Shown: piece by piece, positions 8,512 to 18,206 of the stretch
Layout of the letters: every line of letters begins with the position of its first letter
Numbering within the stretch: position 1 is the first letter of the stretch
Assembly: GCA_012838425.1 (NCBI GenBank)
Contig: DUPG01000014.1
Span: 1,541 to 65,540, forward strand
Direction: 5' to 3'
Source: Clostridiales bacterium
GTDB taxonomy: Bacteria; Bacillota; Clostridia; Christensenellales; CAG-138
DNA length: 64,000 nt
Notes under the pieces: model-generated
Told to the model about the DNA's origin: nothing
Database searches by the model: none
The model's input: only the letters and a program-made list of their open reading frames with translations
Position numbers and translations under genes: made by a program

Positions 8512-8712
<201 letters not shown>

Positions 8713-8875
8713 CGTATTCACCTCTCATATTTTATGAGCGCAGAGCTCAATTTCGCATATTAAAACCAAGCCATATACTCTCTGCTGCGCATCCGAGCAA
8801 ACTCGAACGCATACTATTATACAACATTCTTTTTAGAATGCAAGGGGGAATTAAAAATATACAGTTTTTCTTAGC

Positions 8876-9235
8876 TTATTTTGATATAACCCTTTGCTTT
8901 ACAACCCGTGTTGCGCCCCTTTGCTTCTTTTTGAATATTGGTGGCAGCGTGATGTGAGGAAATACATTCACAAAGCTGTTTCCCAGTATCACAGCTCCCG
9001 AGGTAAAAAATAGGGCGCATACAGCTATATGCAGCAGCTTGTTTTGCTGGCTTAAGCCCTTTACAAGCTCACTCACGCTTTTGTAGGTGTATTGATAATA
9101 GTCGTCCTGCTGTTGAAAGTCCGCAGTCAACGCGCGCAAAGTCGAAGGCTTGTCAGCGCATAATACAATGCCTGTTATTATTAGTGCAATACCTAATACT
9201 ATGCCAAAAATTCCAATAAACTTCTTCGTTTCCAT
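8876..9235 (-). CDS. Small membrane protein, function unknown
   Basis: Internal start METKKFIGIFGIVLGIALIITG preceded by an AAGGAG RBS. Two predicted TM helices. Confidence 0.45.
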   Translation of the reverse strand: METKKFIGIFGIVLGIALIITGIVLCADKPSTLRALTADFQQQDDYYQYTYKSVSELVKGLSQQNKLLHIAVCALFFTSGAVILGNSFVNVFPHITLPPIFKKKQRGATRVVKQRVISK

Positions 9236-9306
9236 AGCACACTCCTTTGTAGCATATTTAAGGTAATAAAAATAATAGCGTAAGCATTTGTCATATGCAA
9301 GACAAT

Positions 9307-9339
9307 ATGTTTGACAAACATATATCGATATTATAGAAT
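9307..9339 (+). promoter_or_regulatory. Promoter of the GntR-ABC operon with an overlapping palindromic operator candidate
   Basis: TTGACA (9311-9316), 17 nt spacer, TAGAAT (9334-9339). Perfect 7+7 inverted repeat atgtttg-a-caaacat (9307-9321) overlaps the -35 element. Confidence 0.5.
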
Positions 9340-9370
9340 AAAATATCATTCAAAGGAAGGATAAAAGCAA

Positions 9371-9766
9371 ATGCAGTGGACATTTCGGGCTGACCGGCCA
9401 ATTTATCTACAGATAGCCGAGCGCATAATTGAGGACATATCAAATTCTGTATTGCAGGTGGGCGCAAAGCTTCCGAATGTCAGAGTATTCGCTGCAAATA
9501 TTGGCGCAAATCCTAACGCTGTAAGCAAGGCATATCAATACTTATTAGATAATAAGGTCTTGGTTTTCGCCGCGGGTGAGTATGTTGTGATGCAGCCGGC
9601 GTTGTCGGAGCAAGCTCAAGAGGAAACCGACAAAACAGAAGTCATGAAGCGTTTATGCGGCGACTTTATAGAAAAAATGAGTGATTTAGGACTATCTAAA
9701 AAGGAAATCATAACCTTCTTGTGTGATTACATGGTAGAGGAAAGCAAAAAGTCTGAAAAATCGTAA
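9371..9766 (+). CDS. GntR-family transcriptional regulator (YtrA-like subfamily)
   Basis: RPIYLQIAERIIEDI..G.KLPNVRVFAANIGANPNAVSKAYQYL winged-HTH. Short C-terminal domain. Followed by an ABC ATPase and a membrane component, as in ytrA operons. Confidence 0.8.
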   Translation: MQWTFRADRPIYLQIAERIIEDISNSVLQVGAKLPNVRVFAANIGANPNAVSKAYQYLLDNKVLVFAAGEYVVMQPALSEQAQEETDKTEVMKRLCGDFIEKMSDLGLSKKEIITFLCDYMVEESKKSEKS

Positions 9767-9796
9767 TAGAAATCTAAATCTAAGCAAAAGGAGAAT

Positions 9797-10501
9797 ATGA
9801 TGGATTCAATATTGACTTGCAACAACCTTTCCAAATCGTATGGATTCATGCTTGCGCTTTCGTCAGTAAACCTCGCTATCCCTAAGGGAAGGGTAGTGGG
9901 CTTGTTAGGTCCCAACGGCAGCGGCAAAACAACCTTTATCAAGATTGCCGCGGGCCTGCTGACCCCTTCGGCAGGCAATATATTTGTTGACTCAAAGCCT
10001 GTTTCAGTCGATACTAAGCGCATTGTATCCTACCTTCCGGACAGAACCTATTTCAGCAAAAGCATTAGGGTAAAGGAATGCTTAGAATTATTTGCAGACT
10101 TTTATCAAGATTTCGATATGGAGCGCGCAATGCAGCTCTTAAAGGACCATCAAATAAGCACAGACGCTAAGATGAAGCAGCTTTCTAAGGGTATGCAGGA
10201 GAAGGTGCAGTTAGCCTTGGTAATGTCGCGCAGGGCTAAGCTGTACCTGTTAGACGAGCCCATAGGCGGTGTTGACCCGGCGGCGAGGGACTATATTTTG
10301 CATACAATAGTCGCGAACATACATCCCGAATCCACCATATTGATTTCAACTCACCTCATAGCTGATGTAGAGAACATATTAGACGATGTTATTTTCTTAA
10401 AATCAGGCAGTATAGTTCTGCACGATTCAGTCGATAACATAAGAAATCAGAGAAACTCATCTGTCGACGCACTTTTCAGGGAGGTATTCGCATATGCTTA
10501 A
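9797..10501 (+). CDS. ABC transporter ATP-binding protein
   Basis: Walker A GPNGSGKTT, signature LSKGMQEK, Walker B LYLLDEP. Confidence 0.9.
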   Translation: MMDSILTCNNLSKSYGFMLALSSVNLAIPKGRVVGLLGPNGSGKTTFIKIAAGLLTPSAGNIFVDSKPVSVDTKRIVSYLPDRTYFSKSIRVKECLELFADFYQDFDMERAMQLLKDHQISTDAKMKQLSKGMQEKVQLALVMSRRAKLYLLDEPIGGVDPAARDYILHTIVANIHPESTILISTHLIADVENILDDVIFLKSGSIVLHDSVDNIRNQRNSSVDALFREVFAYA

Positions 10502-11285
10502 GAAATTGATAAAGCACGATTTTTTGGCGCAGAAGCGCATACTGCAGCCTATATTGCTTTCTGTGCTTATTGCGGGCATAGGCTCGGGCTTATTGACATT
10601 CATAATACATAATATCGGTTTATCGGACCGTTTGGGCTGGCTCTATTTCTTTTTAGTGATTTTGTCGGCGTATTATTGCTTTTTGTCAATAGCAGTAACA
10701 GCGATATGCACCTATGTTTATTATTATAAGAATCTTATGACAGATGAAGGCTATCTCTCGCATACTCTGCCTGTTACAGCAACGCAGCAAATATGCTCTA
10801 AATTTGTTACCTCTCTGATTTGGCAGCTTATATCCGTTATATGCGCGGTGGCTTCTTATGCGGTTATGAGCTTGCTGCTCACATTGACATTCGGCTCTAA
10901 TGACCAGTTTATATATTTTTCTAAAATATTGCAGAAGATATTTTTCAACATCTCAGTATACTTGACGATTGATATGCGTTGGTTCTGGTTAGTATTATTG
11001 ACCATAACCGATTCCTTCGCGACTGTGTTTATGGTGTATTTAGCTATCAGCATAGGTACAATATCTGCTTTAAAGCATAAGGTATTAGCCTCTATTGCGT
11101 TTGTTTTCGCGCTGAATGTTGCAAGGGTTGTTGTCACACAGACATTTTTAGCTTTCTTTGAGGGAATACTTGCAAATAATATGGACCTCGAAACAATGAT
11201 AGTAACATCTTTCCTGAATATAGTAATTGCAATTGTATGCTTCGTATTCACTAAGAGCTTAATGGAGAAAAAGCTGAACATATAA
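10494..11285 (+). CDS. ABC transporter membrane component (polytopic, family unclear)
   Basis: 263 aa, about 6 hydrophobic helices. Its start overlaps the ATPase stop codon. Confidence 0.55.
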   Translation: MLKKLIKHDFLAQKRILQPILLSVLIAGIGSGLLTFIIHNIGLSDRLGWLYFFLVILSAYYCFLSIAVTAICTYVYYYKNLMTDEGYLSHTLPVTATQQICSKFVTSLIWQLISVICAVASYAVMSLLLTLTFGSNDQFIYFSKILQKIFFNISVYLTIDMRWFWLVLLTITDSFATVFMVYLAISIGTISALKHKVLASIAFVFALNVARVVVTQTFLAFFEGILANNMDLETMIVTSFLNIVIAIVCFVFTKSLMEKKLNI

Positions 11286-11384
11286 TCTTTTGCTGCACAT
11301 CACGCTTGCTTTGGGCGTGGTGTGCATTTGATTATATTAGCGGAATGTGCTATCATATCTTAATTAAATTAGCTTAGGGGCAAT

Positions 11385-12023
11385 ATGGCTAAAAGCAGGA
11401 AAAAGAAAAGGCTGAGTAATAATCCCTATACAATCCCGCGCAGGCTGTCGTGGTTTATATTAAGAACCGTCATAATACTGTTTGCTGTAGTATTGGCGGC
11501 TCTATTTTGCTTTTTAACCGCTATGCACGCTGCAAACATATACATAGTGGTTACAGAGGGGATTACTCTGCGTGCCGACTGCGTATTGGGCGATGGCGAC
11601 ATAAACCAGATGTACGAGTACTTCTCAACCGATTTTGTTGAGAACGATACGCTTTTGTACGACAATGTGTATAAGCACTACAACATAACGAATTATGACT
11701 ATCGCTTGACAGTTAATTCAATCAATATTTGGCCTTGGAACACCACAGCCACAATGACAGTTACCGAGCGCATACCCACAATAACAGGCACAGCCAACCC
11801 CGACGCGCCGCAAGCCGCCGTTCCCGAGTGGACAGCCGCGCAGTATGTAGTAACCTGCATTAAATCAAATGGGCGCTGGTATATTACAGACATAATAACG
11901 GTGAAGCTGAATCCGCCTGAGGAGCAGCACGCGACACCCGATATGAGCCTGTTGACTCCCAAGCCGACGGAGATTTCTTCGCCCACTCCGAATTTAACCG
12001 AAATTCCTTCACCCACTCCATAA
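11385..12023 (+). CDS. Membrane-anchored hypothetical protein with a Pro/Thr-rich tail
   Basis: Basic N-terminus, one TM helix, C-terminal TEISSPTPNLTEIPSPTP repeats. Confidence 0.45.
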   Translation: MAKSRKKKRLSNNPYTIPRRLSWFILRTVIILFAVVLAALFCFLTAMHAANIYIVVTEGITLRADCVLGDGDINQMYEYFSTDFVENDTLLYDNVYKHYNITNYDYRLTVNSINIWPWNTTATMTVTERIPTITGTANPDAPQAAVPEWTAAQYVVTCIKSNGRWYITDIITVKLNPPEEQHATPDMSLLTPKPTEISSPTPNLTEIPSPTP

Positions 12024-12026
12024 TAA

Positions 12027-13010
12027 ATGGAACTCAGTACGCTCTTAAACCTAAAATCTGATCAAACGCCCGTAATACTTGCGCCTATGGCAGGCGTTAC
12101 AGACCTGCCCTTTAGAATAATCTGCTCAGAATTCGGCGCAGACTTCACTTACAGCGAAATGGTAAGCGCTAAGGGGCTATCCTACAACAGCGCAAAGTCG
12201 TTTCAACTGCTATCGGTATCAGACTTGCTCAAAAAGCCCTTCGGCGTGCAGATATTCGGTTCAGAGCCGCCGGTTATGGCGGACATAGCTAAGCTCTTGT
12301 ACGCTGAGTTCGGCACAAAAATAAGCCTCATTGATATAAATATGGGCTGCCCTGCGCCTAAGATAAATTCCAACCTATCCGGCTGTGCTTTGATGGGTAA
12401 TATAGAGCTGGCGGAGAAGATAATCTCAGCAGTTGCTTCAGCATCTCCCTTGCCCGTTACAGTAAAGTTCAGAAAAGGCTTAGACGAGAACAGCATAAAC
12501 GCAATCGAATTCGCAAAAATGGCGGAGGGGGCAGGGGCAAGAGCAATAACCGTGCATGGCAGAACGCGTGCGCAGATGTACTCAGGCATAGCCGATTGGG
12601 ATATTATAGCCAAGGTTAAGGCAAGCGTAAATATTCCCGTTATAGCCAATGGCGATGTGGTATCGGGCGAAAGTGCTATTAGGCTTATTGAAAAAGCTAA
12701 CTGCGACGGAATAATGATAGGCAGAGGCGCTTGCGGCAATCCCTTTATATTTGAAGAGGTGAAGGCGGCGTTAAGCGGCAAAAGCTATGTAAAGCCTACC
12801 ATAGCACAGCGCGTTGAGGTTGCAAAGCGCCATGCAAGGCTTCATTTGCACTTAAAGGGTGAAAGGTCGGTTGTAGAACTGAGGAAGCATATGGCATGGT
12901 ACACGCATGGCATAAAGCACAGCGCGAAAATTCGACAAATGCTGTTTAAGTGCTCAACTATTGAAGAATTCGAAAATGTGTTGAATGAAATACCTATCCA
13001 ACGAACTTAA
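12027..13010 (+). CDS. dusB: tRNA-dihydrouridine synthase
   Basis: LAPMAGVTDLPFR..., DINMGCP, FMN-binding TIM-barrel pattern, 327 aa. Confidence 0.9.
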   Translation: MELSTLLNLKSDQTPVILAPMAGVTDLPFRIICSEFGADFTYSEMVSAKGLSYNSAKSFQLLSVSDLLKKPFGVQIFGSEPPVMADIAKLLYAEFGTKISLIDINMGCPAPKINSNLSGCALMGNIELAEKIISAVASASPLPVTVKFRKGLDENSINAIEFAKMAEGAGARAITVHGRTRAQMYSGIADWDIIAKVKASVNIPVIANGDVVSGESAIRLIEKANCDGIMIGRGACGNPFIFEEVKAALSGKSYVKPTIAQRVEVAKRHARLHLHLKGERSVVELRKHMAWYTHGIKHSAKIRQMLFKCSTIEEFENVLNEIPIQRT

Positions 13011-13614
13011 TATCCGCATTGCTTACATATAGGTATTGCCCGTCATAAACTGTTATTGTGGCTTCTTTAACATGTCCGCTCGTTATTTTTGATTGCGGCA
13101 GATGCTTGCTGTCCTTCAATATCTCATAGTACAGCCTGCCCATATCTGAGGATTCAAGGCATATAAGCTCGTATGTACCCGCCTTTATGTCTTTACCCAC
13201 CTTATACATACCCTCAAGGTAGTATGCTTCGCCGTCAATGTACTCAACCTCAACCTTGCGGTTTTTCGCGTCGGTCATTCGGCTTAATGAAATAGTCAGT
13301 ATCTGCGAATTGCTTACGGTTACATATACATTAGCCCTGAAGCTGCCATTTGCTATAATCTTGCCGGTGTTCGCGTCTTTTAACTCAAAGTAGCCGCCGA
13401 ATACCCCTGTGGCTTCCAAGAAGTATTCGCCCGCCAATATTTCAGTGCCTACGGTATATGTGCCAGCTTCAAGCCATTCGTCATTGCTTGAGGTTGGCTT
13501 CATTGTTTCTGTATTCGTAGGCGCAGGCGTAATATCGCCTGTCGTAGGTTCAAGCTGACAGCCGCTCAAAAGGAAGGTCAATATAAGCAACAATGCTATG
13601 AATTTAATCCTCAT
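12994..13614 (-). CDS. Lipoprotein, function unknown
   Basis: Signal peptide with lipobox LLSGC. Two internally similar halves, each with a G(T)Y.(V/L) ..AGEY/AGTY motif. Confidence 0.5.
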   Translation of the reverse strand: MRIKFIALLLILTFLLSGCQLEPTTGDITPAPTNTETMKPTSSNDEWLEAGTYTVGTEILAGEYFLEATGVFGGYFELKDANTGKIIANGSFRANVYVTVSNSQILTISLSRMTDAKNRKVEVEYIDGEAYYLEGMYKVGKDIKAGTYELICLESSDMGRLYYEILKDSKHLPQSKITSGHVKEATITVYDGQYLYVSNADIKFVG

Positions 13615-13796
13615 AGTACCACCTTAAATTATTATATCATATCTCATTCTGTTATTCTAACGATTTTGGCGGAAATATATAACTGCGTATCGGGCGAGCA
13701 TATAGCAGCATTCTAATATATTAAATATTCTTGGCTTTGCTTGTCAAATATAGAAGTGTAATAAAATTTGAAACTGCGAAAAGTTGTATGCAATAT

Positions 13797-13825
13797 CTTT
13801 ACAGCATAGCTGAACTTTGCTAAAA
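13797..13825 (+). promoter_or_regulatory. Promoter upstream of the cca gene (approximate coordinates)
   Basis: TTTACA, 17 nt spacer, TAAAAT, with TGc immediately upstream of the -10 (extended -10). Confidence 0.4.
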
Positions 13826-13844
13826 TAGATAATGGAGGATTGTA

Positions 13845-15326
13845 TTGATTGACATAAAAAGCGCATTAAAGGCATTGGCAATTGCTTTTGATAACTATTG
13901 TAAAGCTAACAACATTAACGCTGAATTATACGCGGTTGGTGGCTTTGTTAGGAATGAACTTCTAAATCTTTCTCATACTGATATAGATATTTGCAGCAAG
14001 CTGACCCCCAACGAAATAATTGAATTTTGTAAAAGCATGGGCTATAAATATGTGCCTAAGGGAATAGCCTTCGGCATGGTTGAGATACATTTTACCTATG
14101 AATCCGAAACGCTGTGCTTAGAGCATACTACATTCCGTTCAGATAAATACGCCGATGACGGCAGCCACCGCCCTCAAAGCGTTACATTCTCAGATTCTGT
14201 GGAGCAAGACGCTTTCAGAAGGGATTTCACAGTCAACGCCCTGTATAAAAACCTATTAACAGACGAGATAATCGACCCCACAGGCGGTCTGTCAGATTTA
14301 GAGAATAGAGTAATACGCGCTACGAGCAAAGACCCTAACGATATAATGAAGGACGACGGTTTGCGCGTTATGCGCATGGTGCGCTTTGCCGCAGAGTTAT
14401 GCTTCGATGTCGAAGAAAGCACTATGCAGGCGGCAATAGCTCATGTTAACGGCTTGAAGGACATTTCCTCAGAGCGCATAAGAGATGAATTAAATAAGAT
14501 TCTGCTTTCAGATGCAAAATACCCCGCATTAGTCGAGCAATGGAAGAAAGCGCACGACGAAAATGACGAGCACCGCTTGAAAACCCCCGACAATTCGCCC
14601 GTATTGCGAAGCCTTTTAATGCTGCGTGATATGGGAGTGCTTGCAGTAATACTCCCCGAGCTTGAAGCGTGCCGAGGTTATGCCCAAAGGCGCAAGTACC
14701 ATGTTTATGATGTATTAGAGCATATATTTCATGTGTGCGCGGAAGCTCCGCCGGTGCTGTATATGCGTCTTGCAGGGCTGTTTCATGATGTAGGCAAGCC
14801 GATATCTCATCAGAGGAACATGGGCAAGAATATGCACGGGCACGACACATTGGGCGCTATTATGGCACATGACGCGCTAAAAAGGCTGTGCTATTCAAAT
14901 GATATTATTGAGCGTGTTGTGAAGCTGATTTCCGTTCATATGTATGATATTGCAGGCACGGCAAAGGACAATACATTAAAGACCCGTTTCGCGACATGGG
15001 GCGAAGCATTAGTTTTGGATCTGATTGAGTTCAGGCGCGCGGACATTCGCGGCTCGGGCAACCCGTCAAGAGAGGTCGATTCAGCAGAGCGCTTCTGTGA
15101 TATATATATGCAGATGCGTGCGTCGGGCGCTCCGTTTTCAATGGCGGACTTAGCAGTAAACGGTACGGATATTATACGCTCGCTCAATATACGCCCTTCT
15201 TCTATAGTGGGCAGGATAAAGCATGAGCTGTTGCGACACTGCGCTGTTTACCCTGAGGACAATAACTACACCAAGCTGATTGCGCTTTCGGGCGAAATCT
15301 ATAATCGATTAACTAAAAAGCAATGA
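13845..15326 (+). CDS. cca: CCA-adding tRNA nucleotidyltransferase / poly(A) polymerase family protein with an HD domain
   Basis: GGFVRNELL..DIDI nucleotidyltransferase motif, RRDFTVNA, C-terminal HDVGK HD domain. TTG start. Confidence 0.8.
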   Translation: MIDIKSALKALAIAFDNYCKANNINAELYAVGGFVRNELLNLSHTDIDICSKLTPNEIIEFCKSMGYKYVPKGIAFGMVEIHFTYESETLCLEHTTFRSDKYADDGSHRPQSVTFSDSVEQDAFRRDFTVNALYKNLLTDEIIDPTGGLSDLENRVIRATSKDPNDIMKDDGLRVMRMVRFAAELCFDVEESTMQAAIAHVNGLKDISSERIRDELNKILLSDAKYPALVEQWKKAHDENDEHRLKTPDNSPVLRSLLMLRDMGVLAVILPELEACRGYAQRRKYHVYDVLEHIFHVCAEAPPVLYMRLAGLFHDVGKPISHQRNMGKNMHGHDTLGAIMAHDALKRLCYSNDIIERVVKLISVHMYDIAGTAKDNTLKTRFATWGEALVLDLIEFRRADIRGSGNPSREVDSAERFCDIYMQMRASGAPFSMADLAVNGTDIIRSLNIRPSSIVGRIKHELLRHCAVYPEDNNYTKLIALSGEIYNRLTKKQ

Positions 15327-16114
15327 GCCTATATGATGATATAATAACAAAAGCAAAAGGTCTTGGCTTTGAAAAGGTTTATTTCACGCAGCCTAAAACA
15401 ATAGAAACAGGAAATTCAAGGCTTGTTTCAAACCCCTTAGATTTATACGGATGGACAACCTGCGTACTACTGCTTGCGTATCCCTACAAGCCGTTTTGCG
15501 AGGGCGAGGTCGTTTCCGGCTATTACTTGGCTTCGAATGAATCCTATCACAAGCTGAGAGATTTCATCACTTGGCTGAATGATATAGGCATACAAGCAAA
15601 AAGAGTTAGCCTGCCCGTAAAAAAGGCTGTTGTAAGCGCAAATATAGGCACTGTGGGCAGGAATACACTGCTTAGGCTGAAAGAGTACGGTTCAAGAATA
15701 GTGCTTTACGCTGTGGCTATTGACACTTGCGCCCCATTAAGCTATAACGAGCCTGCTCAACCCTGCGGCGAATGCAGGGCGTGCATAGATGCTTGCCCCG
15801 GTAAAGCAATAGGTGAAACGCCATACGATTATATCAAAAGTAAGTGCCTGCGCTATTATATGGAGGACGACGAGTATCCGACCTGGGTCAAGGAAAATGT
15901 AAATATGTACTTAGGTTGTGAGCGCTGTATGTTCGCCTGCCCGTATAATGAGGCTGTGGGTACGCTTCAGCCCTCAGACGAGGTGCGCCAAGCATTTGAT
16001 TTTGACAGAATTTTGTCAGGCGATATCGAAAAAGCGATACAGTATGTAGGCTCAAATGTAGATAAAAAGCGGCTCATGCGCGATGCCGCCATATTGAAAG
16101 AAAATAAAAAATAG
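15323..16114 (+). CDS. Epoxyqueuosine reductase (QueG)-like 4Fe-4S protein, short form
   Basis: CGECRACIDACPGKAI and GCERCMFACPYN clusters. NIGTVGRNTLL resembles the QueG AGLGWxGKN segment. Only 263 aa. Confidence 0.55.
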   Translation: MSLYDDIITKAKGLGFEKVYFTQPKTIETGNSRLVSNPLDLYGWTTCVLLLAYPYKPFCEGEVVSGYYLASNESYHKLRDFITWLNDIGIQAKRVSLPVKKAVVSANIGTVGRNTLLRLKEYGSRIVLYAVAIDTCAPLSYNEPAQPCGECRACIDACPGKAIGETPYDYIKSKCLRYYMEDDEYPTWVKENVNMYLGCERCMFACPYNEAVGTLQPSDEVRQAFDFDRILSGDIEKAIQYVGSNVDKKRLMRDAAILKENKK

Positions 16115-16141
16115 GCTGCCGTCCGACAGCCCATAATACTG

Positions 16142-17413
16142 TTACTTATACTCCATTATCAGCTTTTCTATGCCTTCGAATATGTTGTCTTTATTCCTGC
16201 TCACCACTACTCCCGCCATTCTGTCGAAGTCTATTGTCTTGTCTATTACCTCGCGAATATCGTCCATGGTTACGGCTTCAAGCCTTTTTAGCACATCGTC
16301 AGGCGAAAACACCTTGTTGCGCAAAAGCATGGCTTTACCGAGTGCGGAGGAGTGTGCGCTCGTTGACTCCTGATTTATTATGAAGCTGTCGCGAAGCTGG
16401 TTCTTGTTCCGTGTGAATTCCTCTTCTGAAATGCCTGATTCCTTTATGTTTTTCAGCTCATTCAGCATAAGCTCGATAACCAGCTTAGCCTGCGCTTCAC
16501 CCGTGCCTGCGTAAAGCGAAAAATACCCCGATGTGCTGTAAGATGAAACAAATGAATACACCGAGTACGCCAAGCCGCGCTTTTCTCTGATGCTTTGAAA
16601 AAGCCTTGAGCTCATAGTGCCGCCTATGCAGTTGTTAAGTACCAGTAAGGGATATTGCAGCCTGTCGTCTATAGAATATCCGGGCAGAGCAAGGCATACC
16701 TGCGCCTGCTCAATATCCTTCTTAACAGAGGCGAACTTGCGAGTCGTGATGGTTGAGGATTCAACACAGGAAACATTTTCGCCCGTTTTCTTATCGCAGA
16801 ACTTTTCATTAACTATCTTAATAAGCTCGTCTCGCGAAAAGTTGCCCGCGCAGGCAATAACTATGTTGTTAGGCACATACATTCTGTCCATATAGCTTTG
16901 CATATCCTCGCTTGTTATCGCTTTTACGCTGTCGTATGTTCCCAATATGGGATATGCAAGCGGCGAACCCTCGTAATATGTTGCGCTAAGCTTTTCGTGC
17001 GCAACATCCTCGGGCGAATCCTCGTTCATAAGAATTTCCTCGCATATAACGCCTGCTTCGCGCTCAACATCTTCCTTATCAAGCTTAGGATTGTGCAGCA
17101 TATCGCTTAAAATATCCGCGGCTGTCGCCAAGTGCTTGTCCAGCACCTTAACATAAAAGCAGGTGCATTCCTTAGCCGTAAAAGCGTTCAGGTTTCCGCC
17201 CAGCATATCCATTTCTACGGCAATCTGCTCGGCTGTGCGGTTCTTAGTGCCCTTGAAAAGCATATGCTCAATAAAGTGCGATATGCCCCTCTCGTTATCG
17301 CACTCATAAACAGGACCGGCAGATACCCATATACCCAACGCCACCGACCTGTATGAAGGCATTATCTCGCCTACCACGCGTATTCCGTTATCCGTTACTT
17401 CGTTAAAAATCAT
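16142..17413 (-). CDS. M16-family (pitrilysin/insulinase) zinc peptidase, MlpA/YmxG-like
   Basis: HFIEHMLFKGT (HxxEH) motif, 423 aa. Sits downstream of a ylxY-like deacetylase, as in Bacillus. Confidence 0.85.
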   Translation of the reverse strand: MIFNEVTDNGIRVVGEIMPSYRSVALGIWVSAGPVYECDNERGISHFIEHMLFKGTKNRTAEQIAVEMDMLGGNLNAFTAKECTCFYVKVLDKHLATAADILSDMLHNPKLDKEDVEREAGVICEEILMNEDSPEDVAHEKLSATYYEGSPLAYPILGTYDSVKAITSEDMQSYMDRMYVPNNIVIACAGNFSRDELIKIVNEKFCDKKTGENVSCVESSTITTRKFASVKKDIEQAQVCLALPGYSIDDRLQYPLLVLNNCIGGTMSSRLFQSIREKRGLAYSVYSFVSSYSTSGYFSLYAGTGEAQAKLVIELMLNELKNIKESGISEEEFTRNKNQLRDSFIINQESTSAHSSALGKAMLLRNKVFSPDDVLKRLEAVTMDDIREVIDKTIDFDRMAGVVVSRNKDNIFEGIEKLIMEYK

Positions 17414-17426
17414 AAATTTACCTCGT

Positions 17427-18122
17427 TTAATCGTTAATAAGCTCGCCTGTGCTTAAAATATTCAGGCTTGAGCCTCTAAATAGCTGAATTATATCAGGAA
17501 GTGCAGCCAACGCTTCCTTTGTAGGCGTCAAATGCACTATGCTGCCTGCATTAGCGGTTTTTGAGCGCTCCACAATATCAGATGCGCTCCCGCGTGAGCA
17601 TAGTAAATCTATTGTACATTGAATACACTCCAAGTCAAGTGCCTTAGCCGCTTTTGAAGCCTTCAATGCGGGCATTGAGCCGCAATAGTACAGTCTGGGT
17701 TCGGTCCCGCACGCTTCCTTAATGTTTTTTATGGATTGCTCTAAGCCCCATATAAGATCGTTAAGCGCAATGTCCTCGTTTATGGAATCCGCGTACATTC
17801 CCAAAGTGCCTATTTCGTGTCCACGCTCGTAAATGCTTTTCAGCGTATCGGGATTCCTTGCCGCCCATTCGCCCGAAACAAAAAATGTTGCCTTCACTCC
17901 GCTTTCGTCTAACACCTGCAAGGTCTCGTCTAACGCGCTTGCGTTCCAGTATACCGCAAACTGTAATGCGACCGCGTTTCTGCTGCTGTTGCCCCTGTAC
18001 TTAATAAAGGTGCTTGTAGCCGCGATATTCTGAGGGCTGTTTGTCAACAGGTAAAGCGCAACAATCATAATCAGAATGATTATGTTCGTTAATAATTGCG
18101 ATATGTGCTCTTTTTTCTTCAT
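17427..18122 (-). CDS. Polysaccharide deacetylase (NodB-homology) family protein, YlxY-like
   Basis: KATFFVSGEWA..HEIGTLG. N-terminal TM anchor. ATG at 18122 preceded by a GGAGGG RBS. Confidence 0.7.
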   Translation of the reverse strand: MKKKEHISQLLTNIIILIMIVALYLLTNSPQNIAATSTFIKYRGNSSRNAVALQFAVYWNASALDETLQVLDESGVKATFFVSGEWAARNPDTLKSIYERGHEIGTLGMYADSINEDIALNDLIWGLEQSIKNIKEACGTEPRLYYCGSMPALKASKAAKALDLECIQCTIDLLCSRGSASDIVERSKTANAGSIVHLTPTKEALAALPDIIQLFRGSSLNILSTGELIND

Positions 18123-18206
18123 AACGCCCTCCAAGTCTATGCTGCTATATTATATGTTGGAGGGACAAGAATAATTCTATCGCGCTATTGATAAGATATG
18201 CTTTAC

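Noticed and set aside
12203-12781. 192-aa ORF antisense to dusB
   Set aside because: It lies entirely within a well-supported gene on the other strand and has no independent signals. The same applies to 3045-3419, 10856-11281, 27372-28034, 28858-29418, 43491-44213, 52918-53394, 57326-57835 and 62221-62829.
18106-18134. 17-nt identity (TGGAGGGCGTTATGAAG) between the start regions of the deacetylase gene and ord (58029-58045)
   Set aside because: The match is RBS + ATG + Lys codon plus about 6 extra nucleotides. That is plausible by chance among ~60 gene starts, and there is no flanking similarity.
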